Part shown: positions 24,496 through 38,712 of the stretch, one piece after another
Numbering within the stretch: the first letter of the stretch is position 1
Layout of the letters: each line of letters begins with the position of its first letter
Source of the DNA: Octopus vulgaris
Lineage: Eukaryota
Length of the DNA stretch: 64,000 nt
Direction: 5' to 3'
Assembly (NCBI GenBank): GCA_951406725.2
Contig: OX597816.1
Span: 37,386,001-37,450,000, forward strand
The notes under the pieces: generated by a model
The model's database searches: none
Seen by the model: the letters and a program-made list of their open reading frames with translations, nothing else
Told to the model about the DNA's origin: nothing
Translations under genes and position numbers: made by a program

Positions 24496-26588
24496 TTTTA
24501 TAAATACATACACGCTCGTGCACCCATTCATACACATACGCATATTTTTCTAGTTGTAATAAAATGGAAGATAATTGTGCATTATGCTGTTCAGGGTTCA
24601 CCACTTTATCCTAAATAAGGGTTAGATGGTTCTAACTGCCAATCGAAATCGAGTAGGTTTGATTGGAGCTTGCCCAAACAATACGGCTTTCACTTCAACT
24701 ATATTATAAAGGACCTAAAAATATTAATTAACTTAGTAATTTAAGGAAAATATTCGTTACTTACCACTTGATTTTTTAAATAATAACCATCACTTTGCAA
24801 GCCAGCATTAGACATAATTAGAGTACGTTACATTATGACTTATTGTAGCCACTTGTCATACAGATATACTCAAAGCACAACAGAAATACATATCTTGGTT
24901 ATATCTTTATATTCAATATATACTGGTAAAGTATTTGCTTAATATTGTTTTTCATTTTCTAAAGAGATTACGTGAACATTATTTAAAATATGCGTTATAT
25001 TTAACAGAATTTTCATTATCCTGAACAGAAATGCATTAACGAAATAAAAGATATTAGCGTACACCTTGTTTGACATTCTCATTCTTTGAAACCTTCAGAA
25101 AGTCACTGACCAGGAAATGAATTTCTATGTTATTATAAACAGGGTTAAATTTCACTAAATCAAGTTTTTGGCATGGCTTCTCCTAATATTACGATTCATT
25201 TTCTTTTGTGATTTAAATGCTTTCATGCCTTTTGTGTAAGATTTTTAGCAAGCAATCTATTTGGCTATTTTCTTTTTCGATTGGACAGGTTTCCCTTCTC
25301 ACTCCTCAGATTATGTTTGAAAATGCTAAACCTAGTTGTCCGTTTGTTTTTTCAAGCTTGCAACGGAAAACATTGAAAATGTAAGATTAAAAATTTATAA
25401 CTGGTCAGAGTTTTAATAAAAGATTCGAAAAAAAATTAGCAATAAAGAAATCCTTATATAATCAGATGGCCAAGAAAAAGAATAGAAAGTAAATATTTAA
25501 TGTCCATCTTCAATGTTGATTAGTAAAAGCAATGTCTGAAAAGAAGAGAAAATTAAAATAAAGATTTATAAAGAATAGAAGTAAATAAGAAAACTGTGTG
25601 ACGTTCTTCAAACTGAATGTGGATTGTTGGAGTGAATTACATCCTTACAAGTTAGGAAGAAAACAAATGGACCAAATGGAAGTGGATTGATACAGGGATT
25701 ATAGAGCTGAAGATAGAGAAGTGTGACGACGGAATGAGCAATTGAGAAGGAGTGTAATATATAAAATGACAGAAAGGGGGACGGAAGCGACTAAAAGAAT
25801 AGAAATGAAGATGTGAAAAGATAATGAAAGGAATGGAAGTAGAAACAAAGAAGGAAAAATATAAGGATAATTCTATAGATCGAAATATTTACTGAAACTA
25901 AGTTGACACCCACAGTAAAAATGTTCTCTCGGTTAAAGTAGCCACTACTACAATTATTCAAAACGTTCTATTCATTAGAGGGGAAAAAAGCTGTTTAAGT
26001 TTAGAGCAAAACAATTAAGAATACGACTATTAAATAACTACTATAGATTAGCTTCCTATCCTCGGGCATGTTCTTCTCCTTCATTGTATCTTATGAAAAA
26101 GATATGAATGAATTGTCATAATATATAGAACTACTCAATCAATAACAGGATTTTTCAAATATCTTCTTACTTTAATTGAGTTAAGTAAATAAAGATATGA
26201 CTTGAATTTAACAATGATAATATAACGCGATTCTCCAATTAAATTTTCCCGGCGGATAACATATTGATAACAGAATAGAATATATGTCAATTATTCCAGC
26301 TTTAGAAAAACTTATTTTTCGTTAGAGCTGATGAGGTACGTTCATAAAAAAAACACATGACGGATTCTACTCGACCTGAAACACTAAAGTGATTTCCTGA
26401 TTTCTTTATAGAGACCTCCCTCAGTAGAGTTAATCATTTTTTAACCATTTTATACTTAAAATTCAGTTGCCGCTTATATGCATGTATCCATTCTCTCCAA
26501 CAAGTGTACTGGGTATACATTTGAACTATGACTTCCTAGCTCCAAACAGAGGATATGCGTATGTATGTATACAACAGTCCGCATATGT

Positions 26589-26830
26589 AAGGCGGCGAGC
26601 TGGCAGAAACGTTAGCACGTCGGGTGAAATGCTTAGAGGTATTTCGTCTGCTGTTACGTTGTGAGTTCAAATACCGCCGAGGTTGACTTTGCCTTTCATC
26701 CTTTCGGGGTCGATAAATTAAGTAACAGTTACGCACTGGGGTCGATGTAATCGACTTAATCCCTTTGTCTGTCCTTGTCTGTCCTTGTTTGTCCCCTCTA
26801 TGTTTAGCCCCTTGTGGTTAATATAGAAAT
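26589..26830 (+). mobile_element. SINE family A
   Basis: Full homology to 17968-18200. Confidence 0.9.
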
Positions 26831-27349
26831 ATATGTATGTATGCATGTATGTATCCATGTGCGTATGTATGAAGCATGTATGTAAGAGTATGACAATGGT
26901 GTGGATTCGATCAAGTTACAGAAAGTCCTCAATAACGTTGTATCGAGTGAAATAATATTCATTCAAAATCGAGTCTATATGATTCACTGCTCGACATTTC
27001 TCGCTTCCGATCATCAGAGAGTGATAAAATAAATTCGTCGATGACTGAATTGTTCAGATAATATAAGGTTTTATATAAGGTTTTAATATAACACCTACGC
27101 AAATTCCATAAACAAACCTTTCAATAGAAATATTCTCCTGAATTGAACTGCAACTGCTAGCCGTCACTGACCATTCAAAATACGACAATCAAGGCACTCC
27201 CAAATTTTTCCACCCCCTCTCCTCATCAACCTTCTTCTTCTTCTAACCTACCAAGAATTCACAACGACCTCGAACACACAAGTGCAAACAAGGGAGACAG
27301 AGAAAGGCAGAATGCCACTTATATTTGAACACTATACAAATATTCCTTT

Positions 27350-27439
27350 GTATGGTGGATTTGGTAGATGGAAACAAATATTCCTTTGTATGGTGGATTT
27401 GGTAGATGGAAACTGAAAGAAGCCTGTCGTATATATATA

Positions 27440-27470
<31 letters not shown>

Positions 27471-27666
27471 TTCTCCCCCCCCCCCCAACATCGCTTGACA
27501 ACCGATGGTGGTGTGTTTACGTCCCCGTAACTTAGCGGTTCTGCAAAAAGGACCTATAGAATAAGTACTAGGGTTACAAAGAATAAGTCCTGGGGTCGAT
27601 TTGCTCGATAGGCTAAAGGCGGTGCTACAGCATGGCCACAGTCAAATGACTAAAACAAGTAAAAGA
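27350..27666 (+). mobile_element. SINE family B 3' part
   Basis: GGATTTGGTAGATGGAAACTGAAAGAAGCC...ATGACTAAAACAAGTAAAAGA. Confidence 0.75.
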
Positions 27667-27987
27667 TATATATATATAATTTACATGAACATATTTTATT
27701 AATCTTTTAATCTTTCTGTGGAAAATTGTTTCATGAGTCCTGCGAAAGACATATGAATGTACAAATATGGGAATACTACTGATTAGAATATGGAATAATG
27801 ATGTGTTTGTGAATTATAAATAGAAATATATTTTCATAATCTGTAGGCGTATTTTAACAAGAAATTTCCGATAAAGTTATTTTATCTCTGACTGGGATTT
27901 GTGATTGGGAATAGAATATAAATAAATAATTGTACTTACTGTACTATCGCATGTTTCATGACGACCGTTCTTATTTTTAGTATGGAG

Positions 27988-28039
<52 letters not shown>

Positions 28040-28719
28040 GCATATATACATGCATATATATATATATATATATATGTATATAGTTATACATGTACATATA
28101 TTTAAAAGAAGGCGTAAAGGACATGTGTGTCTCTGTGCATTCACTTACACGTTCTAGGAATCACGTGGGGACGTACACATTCACATTTGCATGAGCACAC
28201 ACACTCACGCACTGATGCATGTCAATATTTACGTAAAGCGACGAATCGATCTATGTGGTGAGCGTAAACAACAGATTAATAAAATTCTTCAGAAATATGG
28301 TTGCTCAAAACACAACATTATACAAGTAATGAAGTGCATTATATACATATACATATTTGAATATAAAACTACATGTACATAAACGTTTGTGTTTATACAC
28401 ACACCTGCAAACGCGTGCACACACACGCACACACATACACATACATATATATATATACACACACACACACACATGTACGTATGTATGCAGAATCTTAGAT
28501 GTGCGGTAGTTTACCAAAAGCTTTAGTCTCGATAAACGGTTCCACACTCCACTCCTATAATCCATGCGGCTTGATAATAGGTTCGTATGATTTCCATACA
28601 TACACATGTATGCATACATACGTACAAACTTATATGTATACATACACACTAACACATATAGGTATTTATATACATACTTATAAACATACAAACGTACACA
28701 CACGTATATACGTATACAT

Positions 28720-30005
28720 AGGCCGACTTTGTCTTTTAGCCTTTCGAGGTCGATAAATTAAGTACCAGTTGAACACTGGGGTCGATGTCATCAATTAGTA
28801 CTCTCCCCCCAAATTCCTGGCCCTGTGCTAAAATATGAACCCAATATTTTTTAGCACGCCGGGTGAAATGCGTAGCCGTATTTCGTCTGCCGTTACGTTC
28901 CGAGTTCAAATTCCGCCGAGGTCGACTTTGCCTTTCATCCTTTCGGGGTCGATAAATTAAGTACCAGTTACGCACTGGGGTCGATGTAATCAACTTAATC
29001 CGTTTGTCTGTCCTTGTTTGTCCTCTCTGTGTTTAGCCCTTTGTGGGTAGTAAAGAAATAAGTATTTCGTCTGCCGCTACGTTCTGGGTTCAAATTCCGC
29101 CGAGGTCGACTTTGCCGTTCATTCTTTCGGGGTCGATTAAATAAGTACCAGTTACGCACTGGGGTCGATATAATCGACTTAATCCGTTTGTCTGTCCTTG
29201 TTTGTCCTCTCTGTGTTTAGCCCGTTGTGGGTAGTAAAGAAATAGGTATTTCGTCTGCCGCTACGTTCTGAGTTCAAATTCCGCCGAGGTCGACTTTGCC
29301 GTTCATTCTTTCGAGGTCGATTAAATAAGTACCAGTTACGCACTAGGATCGATATAATCGACTTAATCCGTTTGTCTGTCCTTGTTTGTCCGCTCTGTGT
29401 TTAGCCCCTTGTGGGTAGTAAAGAAATAAGTATTTCGTCTGCCGCTACGTTCTGAGTTCAAATTCCGCCGAGGTCGACTTTGCCGTTCATTCTTTCGAGG
29501 TCGATTAAATAAGTACCAGTTACGCACTGGTGTCGATATAATCGACTTAATCCGTTTGTCTGTCCTTGTTTGTCCTCTCTGTGTGTAGCCCCTTGTGGGT
29601 AGTAAAGAAGTAGGTATTTCGTCTGCCGCTACGTTCTGGGTTCAAATTCCGCCGAGGTCGACTTTTGACTTTCATCAATTCGGGGTCGATAAAATAAGTA
29701 TAAATTGAGCATTGGGCTCGGTGCAATCGACTTACCTCCTCGTCCGAAATTGCTGTTCTTGTGCCAAAATTTGAAGTCACTATTTTCCCTCGTCAAGGCG
29801 GCGAGCTGACAATATCGTTAACACGCCGGAAAAAATGCTTAATGGCGTTTTCTCTGTCTTTACATTTTGAGTTCAATACCGTGGAGGTCGACTTTGCTTT
29901 CAACCCCTCAGAATTGATAAAATAAGTACCAGTTGAGTAACAAGGTTCGATGTAATTGACTTATCCCCTCCCTAAAAATTACTGACCCTCAACCAAATTT
30001 TGAAA
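28720..30005 (+). mobile_element. Cluster of SINE family A including a tandem array of about 184-bp units (28851-29665)
   Basis: Four full units and one partial unit joined at AAAGAAATA(A/G)GTATTTCGTCTGCC; older diverged copies on both sides. Confidence 0.9.
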
Positions 30006-30589
30006 GTAAATCTATTTTTTATATCCATTTAGTTTCACATCTTTTAACAAAATCAAAAAAAAAACTAAAACGTTACATTCAAAACTCATTTGATATCTGC
30101 TTAGACAAAACAGCATATTTTTAATTAATTTATTGTAATTAATGTTAATATTTTATTAGCGATAATCCATTGTCTTTTCAAATGACTATTTTTAATTTAA
30201 TATAATTTAATCCAGTAAGTGAATTATAGATGGTTGATGTTATAATATAGAATAGAATAAATATTGAATGGATAATACATTTTTAAAGAATAAATGAATT
30301 TAAGAAGGAAACCATTACAAATTAGATTAGAAATAATTTCTCTCGCGTCAAATTCTAGAAAAGAAAAATGAACCAACAAATTAGAGAGATAGAACAATTC
30401 CAGCCAAACAACTGTGATTCTCCTTTATTTATGCACGACAATTGCTCATAAGCATAAATGGACGAGCAAACCTCTACTTGCTCAACACATTAGTGGCAAC
30501 GGCAATATCAGATCAATAACGTAATAGAGTCATGATCCATGGAATAACTGCGGTTTTATTGGTATCTACCGCTTCATGCTTTTTCTTTT

Positions 30590-30800
30590 ATTCTTTTACT
30601 TGCTTCAGTCATTTGACTGTGGCCACGCTGGGGCACCACCCCGAATGGTTTTGCTTGGACGAATCGACCCCGGAATACTTTTTAAGCCTGGTACTTATTC
30701 TATCGATCTCATCTACCTGACCGCTAAGTTACAGAGACGTAGCCACACTAACACTAGTTGTCAAGCAGTGGGGGAAGGGGAAAACAAACGCAAATTCACA

Positions 30801-30843
<43 letters not shown>

Positions 30844-31242
30844 ATCTTTTATCTTTTACCTGTTTCAGTTATTAGATTGCAGCCATGCTGGAGCACCGCC
30901 TTGAATTTTTAGTCGAATTATTCGATCCCCAGTACTTATCTTTTAAGTTTGGTACTTATTCTATTAATCTCTTAGGCCGAACCGCTAAGTTACGGGGGAC
31001 GTAAACACACCAACACCGGTTGTCAAGTGGTGATGAGGGACAAACACAGACACACATAAATATATACATACATATACGACGAGCTTCTTTCAGTTTCCGT
31101 CTACCAAATCCCCTCACAAAACTTTGGTCAACCCAAGGTTATAGTAGAAGACACTTGCTCAAGATTCCACGCAGTGAGACTGAACCCAAGCCAAGTGGGT
31201 GAGAAAGCAAACTTCTTACCACACAGCCACTCCAGCACCTAT
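30590..31242 (-). mobile_element. Two SINE family B copies (partial 30590-30800, full 30843-31242)
   Basis: Homology to 10932-11287. Confidence 0.8.
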
Positions 31243-31321
31243 GTGTCTTGTGTTTTCGCAGAAATGAAAATAACTTCAAATTGTTCTTTTCAATCTGTAT
31301 ACATAAGTTTATTATAGTTTA

Positions 31322-31717
31322 CTAGCAGTATCGCCCGGCGTTGTTCGGGTTTATAAGGGAAATAACTATATAAGCATTTTTAGAGAGTTATAGCCAAAAA
31401 ATAGCAAAAAAATGCATTAAAAATGGAAAGAAAATTATGGTAATTTTTTTTTTAAATCGTTGACTCATCGTAGACATTTTTAGAGAGTTACTTCCCTTAT
31501 ATAATAGCGAAAAAAATGCATTAAAATGAGAAAAAATGATGGTAAATTTTTTTTAATCGTAGACTCATCGTAGACGCGCGCTAATACCCAGAAGGGCTCG
31601 ATATGAATCACGACTATAAGATACCCGGTTTTGGTTAAACTGCACCGCAAAATGTGGGAGTAGTAGGAATCTAAATCGTAGGAGACAGACACACAACTTC
31701 TCTTTTATATATAAAGA
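31322..31717 (-). mobile_element. Non-autonomous Helitron
   Basis: Minus strand 5' TCTTTATATATAAAAG; 3' hairpin CCCGAACAACGCCGGG then CTAG; A|T target. Confidence 0.85.
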
Positions 31718-32347
31718 TTTCTCTCTCCCTTTCCTTCCCTCTCCTTCCCTCTCTCTCTCTCTCTCTCTCTCTCCACACACGCACGCACACACACACACAC
31801 ACACACAACTCACAACTAATGCACTATGAACAAAAACTCCGAGTGAAATGCCTTCATATCTCTTTCCTACCTTACTCTTTGCTAAAATATTTTTCCTTTC
31901 TTTCTCTCCTTCCATAACGAAATAATACGGCGCAAATTGATAATTGTTTGCTTCGTGCTAAAGGGATTCAACCAAATCGAAACGGTAGGTACATACAAAT
32001 ATTAAGAGATTTATAATTAAAACGAAAACAAAAAGAAAATAATTAACAAAAGGTATCTGAATCATGTTGGTTAGTGTCACATGCAATTTTCTCTGTGCCT
32101 GAGGTGCAAGATATTCGGCAGAAGTTTTCCATAAAAGACTGGCTTTCAACAACCTAACAATAACCTGTCCATACACAGCGAATATGACTAGAGAATATGA
32201 TAAATGACTTGATGGAAATGGTGTACAGGTAAAACAAGTGTTTCTGGAAGAGAAAAGCATAATTAGCAGAAGGGATGCACAGTAAGTTACCAACCAATGC
32301 AAATACACATATGCTTTACAACAAAAGTAACTGATACAGTTGAAATA

Positions 32348-32951
32348 CCTATTTCTTTACTACCCACAAGGGGCTAAACACAGAGTGGACAAACAAGGAC
32401 AGACAAACGGATTAAGTTGATTATATCGACCCCAGTGCGTAACTGGTACTTATTTAATCGACACCGAAAGGCTGAAAGGCAAAGTCGACCTCGGCGGAAT
32501 TTGAACCCAGAACATAATGGCAGACGAAATACCTATTTCTTTACTACCCACAAGGGGCTAAACACAGAGAGGACAAACAAGGACAGACAAACGGATTAAG
32601 TTGATTATATCGATCCCAGTGCGTAACTGGTACTTATTTAATCGACACCGAAAGGCTGAAAGGCAAAGTCGACCTCGGCAGAATTTGATCTCAGAACGTA
32701 GCGGCAGACGAAACACCTATTTCTTTACTACCCACAAGGGGCTAAACATAGAGGGGACAAACAAGGACAGATATAGGTATTAAGTCGATTACATCGACCC
32801 CAGTGCGTAACTGGTACTTAATTTATCGACCCCGAAAGGATGAAAGGCAAAGTCGACCTCGGCAAAATTTGAACTCTGAACGTAGCGGCAGACGAAATAC
32901 CGCTAAGCATTTCACCCGGCGTGCTAACGATTCTGCCAGCTCGCCGCCTTC
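32348..32951 (-). mobile_element. Tandem trimer of SINE family A
   Basis: Three units of about 184 bp with a single complete head; flanking repeat ATACAG(T/C)TGAAATA. Confidence 0.9.
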
Positions 32952-33464
32952 ATACAGCTGAAATATCGAGATGGAATTATGAGATGCGTGAAATTCATAC
33001 CCTTTCTATTTCTCACGATGTGAAAACAGTCTGAATGAGGTACACGCTCTGTAAGAAGGTGATAATACAGCATGAAAAGAATAGCTCATTCCTATACCGA
33101 GAAAGGTGATGTCAGGCAGTGCGAGCAAAAACATCTTAGTGAGCAAGAATTTCTTATGACACTCTGGGAAGTGCCTAACGATATCCGGAAGATAATGTTG
33201 AGTCTACTGTCAAATATGAAGACGCTGTTCACCGCCATCCGTTTAGACATGACTGGAAGAAGCCCTGATGTTGAGAGCATTTCCACCGTCATGTTTAAGT
33301 ATAGTTGTATAGGAATTGCTTTGTTGACTCCTCCAATTCTTCAGAGAATAATGGCAATTCAAAGATGCATATTTAGTTATTACTTATCGATATGATTGTG
33401 GAAATTACCGAGAAATTCCTTTCTCTCAATCTTAGGGAAAATTCTCGCAAAACTATAGTTGATG

Positions 33465-33814
33465 ATTTCGTTTTTGGATTTGGTTTGCAAGATTCTTTAT
33501 ATGAGTTTGTGTGTTGAAGCATATTCTGTTGTGTCTGGGGAGAGTCATTTTCTTTTTGTGCTTTATAATGTAACACACTCACCGGTAAAATTTCCACTTG
33601 TTTTTATTTTCCTAAAATTTTCGTTGCGTCTTGCAACCTTTTCAATAGTCTTGACTCGATAGTCTTGACTCAATAGTCAAGACTATTGAAAAGGTTACAA
33701 GACGCAACGAAAATTTTAGGAAAATAATAATAAGAAATAAGTGGAAATTTTACCGGTGAATGTGTTACATTATAAGGCACAAAAAGAAAATGACTCTCCC
33801 CAGACACAACAGTA
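33465..33814. mobile_element. Palindromic (head-to-head) short element carrying HHR-like motifs in both arms
   Basis: About 33522-33657 is inverted relative to 33676-33813; flanked by TATAGTTGATG at 33454-33464 and 33815-33825; single-arm copy at 39565-39706. Confidence 0.75.
33612..33648 (-). ncRNA. Candidate minimal HHR with a compensatory U3:A8 core
   Basis: CTA-TTGAAAA-G-GTTGC-AAGAC-GCAAC-GAAA-ATTT-TAG; also at 33683-33719 (+, one stem II mismatch) and 39661-39697 (-). Confidence 0.5.
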
Positions 33815-33926
33815 TATAGTTGATGCAGTTGCAAAGAATGTCGGAAAGAATTATTTTGAAATGATTAATTCATGTTCTACATCGGGAAAAACCACTTGTG
33901 ATAAATCGCCATCTTATAAATGTTGA

Positions 33927-33928
33927 AG

Positions 33929-33991
<63 letters not shown>

Positions 33992-34015
33992 GAGAAAGAA
34001 AGAAAGAAAGAAAGA
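33927..34015. repeat. (AAAG)n microsatellite
   Basis: Directly visible. Confidence 0.95.
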
Positions 34016-34644
34016 GGTTTGTCTCATATATTTAAGAGGTTAAATAAATTAAAAAAACTCAATAAAATCACCAGCTTGGCAGATCTTTGTGAATCAGAAA
34101 AATTATTTTCTTACTTTCTGTTATTGGGGAAATGTCTCAACTTTCAATTACCAAATTTCGAGAATTTTGTCTGCAATGGTTTTATCTGAGGGGAATGTAA
34201 TGTCTATTACGAATGTTACTTGCGAAATGGAAACAAAGAAAACTGTGATAAGCGAAGTCTTATGTTGCAACTTTACCTTTATCGATGTGATACAGAGATG
34301 ATAAAAAAAGTATCTGAAATGTCATGAGGTGATGGTTTTCAAAATAGCCAGAAAAATATTTAGAAACACGACAAGCATTTTTATGTATTGTAAAGTTTTC
34401 TAAAGTATGAGGTGAGCTATCAGTTAACTCTAAAGCCTGTTTTCTACTGTCATGATACAAAAGCTAGTGTGAATGATTTTAATATGATCTTACTGGTCCT
34501 TCCATATATATATTTCATGCCATCTGAACAGTGATGGCATTCTAAAGGACATGTGAAACAGAAGTTTTAATCTCCGCCTCCAACATTACGATTCATTTTT
34601 GTCCTAACGTTTCAGGTGGAATATCCAGGATGTGATAGCGAGGA

Positions 34645-35028
<384 letters not shown>

Positions 35029-35034
35029 GTATGT

Positions 35035-36080
35035 ACAGGGGTTGAACAAGATAATGGAAACACTAGCGTCATGGCATCATCATTTTGAAATATCTATAAA
35101 ACCGTCAAAAGCTTGTTTATTTTTATGTTTTTTGCTTTATTATTAGTGTTGCTTAATATTTTGCTAAAATTGCTGTTTCTTTTCAGATATCATCAGAAAA
35201 AGGCAATTAAAATTCATTAAAATGACAAAACTCCGGAAGAAAACCAAAACTTTTAGAAAGGGACCGTCAGACTCTTACGTGAATTACTAGAAAGGATCAC
35301 AAAAATACAGCTGAAAAAATTACTGCAGTGCTTAATGACCGCCTTGAGAACCCAGTATCCACAAATACTGTTCGCCGGGAGCTACACAAAGCCGATTTTA
35401 CGGGAGGGCTGCAATCGGAAAACTACTACTTCAAAAAACGAACGTTACAAAGCATTTAGAGTGGAGTAAAAACCTACAGAAGTGGTCCCTAGAGCAATGG
35501 GAGAATGTTATTTTCTCGGACGAGTCACCCTTTACCTTATTGCCGACCACCGGCCGAGTATACGTATGAATACACCCAAAAGAAGCAATTGACCCAGACT
35601 ACCTCCTTCCAAATGTTAAACACGGAGGAGGATCTATGATGATCTGGGGTGTTATATCTTGGAAACCCACTGCCTCAATGGTTTGCCTTCATGGCAGAAT
35701 TAATAGTCCTGACTATTTAAGCATTCTATCTGCTCAAATTCATCCTATGGTTGCTAACTATTTCCGGAGGGAAATGCAATCTTTCAGGCTGGCAATGCAC
35801 CAATTAACACAGCTAAAGCTTTTACTGAATGGCACGAGGAACATTCTAGTGAAGTTGAACATCTTATCTGGCCACCACAGCCTTCAGATCTCAATATTAT
35901 TAAACGTTTATGGTGCATTTTAGAAAATCAAGTAAGGAATCGATATCCTCCACTATCATCACTACAAGAACTGGAGACTGTTTTAGCTGAAGAATGGACA
36001 AAACTTCAAAGCATGGAAACAATTCAAATTTTGTACGAGTCCATACAACGTAGAATTCAAGCTGTAATTGCTGCCAAAGA
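35035..36080 (+). mobile_element. Tc1-like transposon remnant
   Basis: TA-CAGGGGTTG start; IFSDESPF, GGSMMIWGVIS and WPPQPSDLNII motifs. Confidence 0.88.
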
Positions 36081-36588
36081 CGTGTGTATATATATATATG
36101 TATGTATGTATTTATATATATGTATGTATGTATATATATATGTATTTATATGTATATATATATATATATGTATATATAAATATATATATATATATGTATA
36201 TATATATTTACACACAGGTATGTTGATGCAACAGGAAAAATAGAACTCAAAATATGAGCTTATGTACGTTCTTATTAATATTTAGCAGAAGTAGCAGAGT
36301 GACTCTAGAATAGAGAGCAATGTATTTATCACTAGCTCTATTAACCCCCAGGTCTTCGACTTGTAAATATTTTGGTAAGTGCCTTGAGTCAGTCTGTTAC
36401 TTTTGCTAAATATTAATAAATGTATGTGTATGTGTGCGTGTGTGTGTTGTGTCTGTGTGTCTGTGTCTGTGTTTGTGTGTGTGTGTGTGTGTATGTGTGT
36501 TTGTGTGTGTGTGTGTTTGTGTGAAGGGAACCGAAATAACTGATGATAGATGTTGATATTTGTGTATTTGTGTATTTGTGTCATAGGC

Positions 36589-37066
36589 AAGGCGGCGACG
36601 AGGTGGAGGCGTTAGCACGGAAAAAATGCTTAGCGGTTTTTTTTTTGTCTCAGTTCACATGTCGCCAGAGTCGAATTTTGCCTTCGATAAAATAAATAGC
36701 CCTAACCCTGAACCTAAACCTAACACTAACCCTAACCCTAACCCTAACCCTAACCCTAACCCTAACCCTAACCCTAACCCTAACCCTAACCCTAACCCTA
36801 ACCCTAACCCTAACCCTAACCCTAACCCTAACCCTAACCCTTAACCCTCACCCTAAACCTAACCCTAACCCTAACCCTAACCCTTACCCTAACCCTTACC
36901 CTAACCCTTACCCTAACCCTAACCCTAACCCTAGCCCTAACCCTAACCCTAACCCTTACCCTAACCCTAGCCCTAACCCTCACCCGTAACCCTAATCCTA
37001 ACTACCAGTTGAGCACTGACTTGCCCATTCCTCAAAATTGCTGGCCTGCCAAAATTTGAACCCAAT
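36589..37066 (+). mobile_element. Degenerate SINE family A copy split by a telomeric repeat
   Basis: Head AGGCGGCGA...; GATAAAATAA lies left of the array and TACCAGTTGAGCACTG right of it. Confidence 0.7.
36700..37001 (-). repeat. Interstitial telomeric repeat (CCCTAA)n = (TTAGGG)n, about 50 units
   Basis: Pure core about 36729-36840 with variant units at both edges. Confidence 0.97.
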
Positions 37067-37382
37067 ATCGGTGACAGTTACATTTTAGCGTAAAATTACA
37101 ATTTCAATAAATTTTGTGGAGGACACAGATCACGATTATGTTGATACAATTTTAAAATATTTTTCTTTTTTTGTTCAGGAAGAGAAAATCCATAAGTTGT
37201 TCAATAACTGAACATCTTATCCGTGATCATTGCACATGATACTAGAATGAGTAACGGACCATAATGAAGAATATCATCCAGAAGATATTCTTGAATAAGT
37301 CGGAAGTTATCTAGTACACCAAACTGGCGTAAATGTTTTCGGATGTTATGTTTTAAGCATCATGGAATACGAATCTACAATT

Positions 37383-37878
<496 letters not shown>

Positions 37879-38199
37879 TGCCGGGTGTCAGACACCACTT
37901 TTATCGCAAATTTTCTCTTTTGACATATTACCGAAAACTCTGTCAGATTTTGTTACAAATATATTTGAAGAATTATAATCTCAGATATGAAAGCATAAAT
38001 ATGAAGTTTTAAAAAAAAGTCTAAGTCAAAAGGATTTACGTAATTTATGATGCCTAAAAACAGTGATTTTGAGCGCATTATATTGTTTTCGACTCTATTC
38101 TTTTGTAATGTCCATCCATAATACTGTGGGTTTGTATTATAAAACATCACCTCGGAAACTGAGTATTCCGAGGTAGTGACCATCAATATAGTTTACTTT

Positions 38200-38712
38200 C
38201 GTCTCCATTTTACACTTAGGAAATTAGGAATCTTTTGCATTTAACTAAGTCGTTTAATTTCTTCCTGGATGGTTAGATTTCCGCTGTCAGAATGCTACCT
38301 TGTGATTTCTAAATCACCATTTCCATTCGTTGCTAGCTTAGAGAATTCGTGATGCCCATATTTCAAGCTAACGTTTTCAATTTCTACATCATGGATATTG
38401 TTATCACATGAACATTGAAAGATAAATTACTTCCTCACTTTCTCAAAATTTGTATTTTTTACAACTTCAATATGCTTCTTTCACCAATAGATGATTTAGC
38501 ATTAGCTTCAACATTATATTCCAATGAAAATACAGTGAGTTTGTCCTTGGTCATGTGTATGTCGGAAGCTGTTTACCTTACAACGTCATACTCTTCACAA
38601 ACCTTTGTCTCCAAAGCACCAGCTTCTAACTCCCTTACAAGTTCCGGTTTTTGGTTCACAAATACTGTCACAGGCTTCTTCTTTAGATTATTACTCACTC
38701 TTGAAGCAATGA
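38200..38712 (-). pseudogene. pogo/Tigger (JERKY/CENP-B-like) transposase N-terminal remnant
   Basis: Minus strand KKKPVTVFVNQKPELVRELEAGALETKVCEEYDVVR*TASDIHMTKDKL...ER/HIEVVKNTNFEKV resembles the HTH-psq and CENP-B-type HTH domains. Confidence 0.7.

Noticed and set aside
24764-25020. Possible minus-strand exon with a cag acceptor and gtaagt donor
   Set aside because: No open frame spans it, there is no recognisable homology and no neighbouring exons.
26322-26398. CTGATGA-GGT...ACCT-GAAAC-ACT-AA-AGTG hammerhead-like motif
   Set aside because: U16.1 is missing (GAT instead of GUH) and stem I is poor; at best a dead relic, single copy.
28851-29665. Regular repeat array resembling a CRISPR or tRNA cluster
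   Set aside because: Units are whole SINE bodies with no unique spacers and no complete cloverleaf; the context is eukaryotic.
33030-33370. Possible minus-strand LINE RT remnant
   Set aside because: No motif could be read with confidence.
36700-37001. Chromosome end or telomere fusion site
   Set aside because: The array is short, has one orientation, and contiguous SINE halves lie on both sides.
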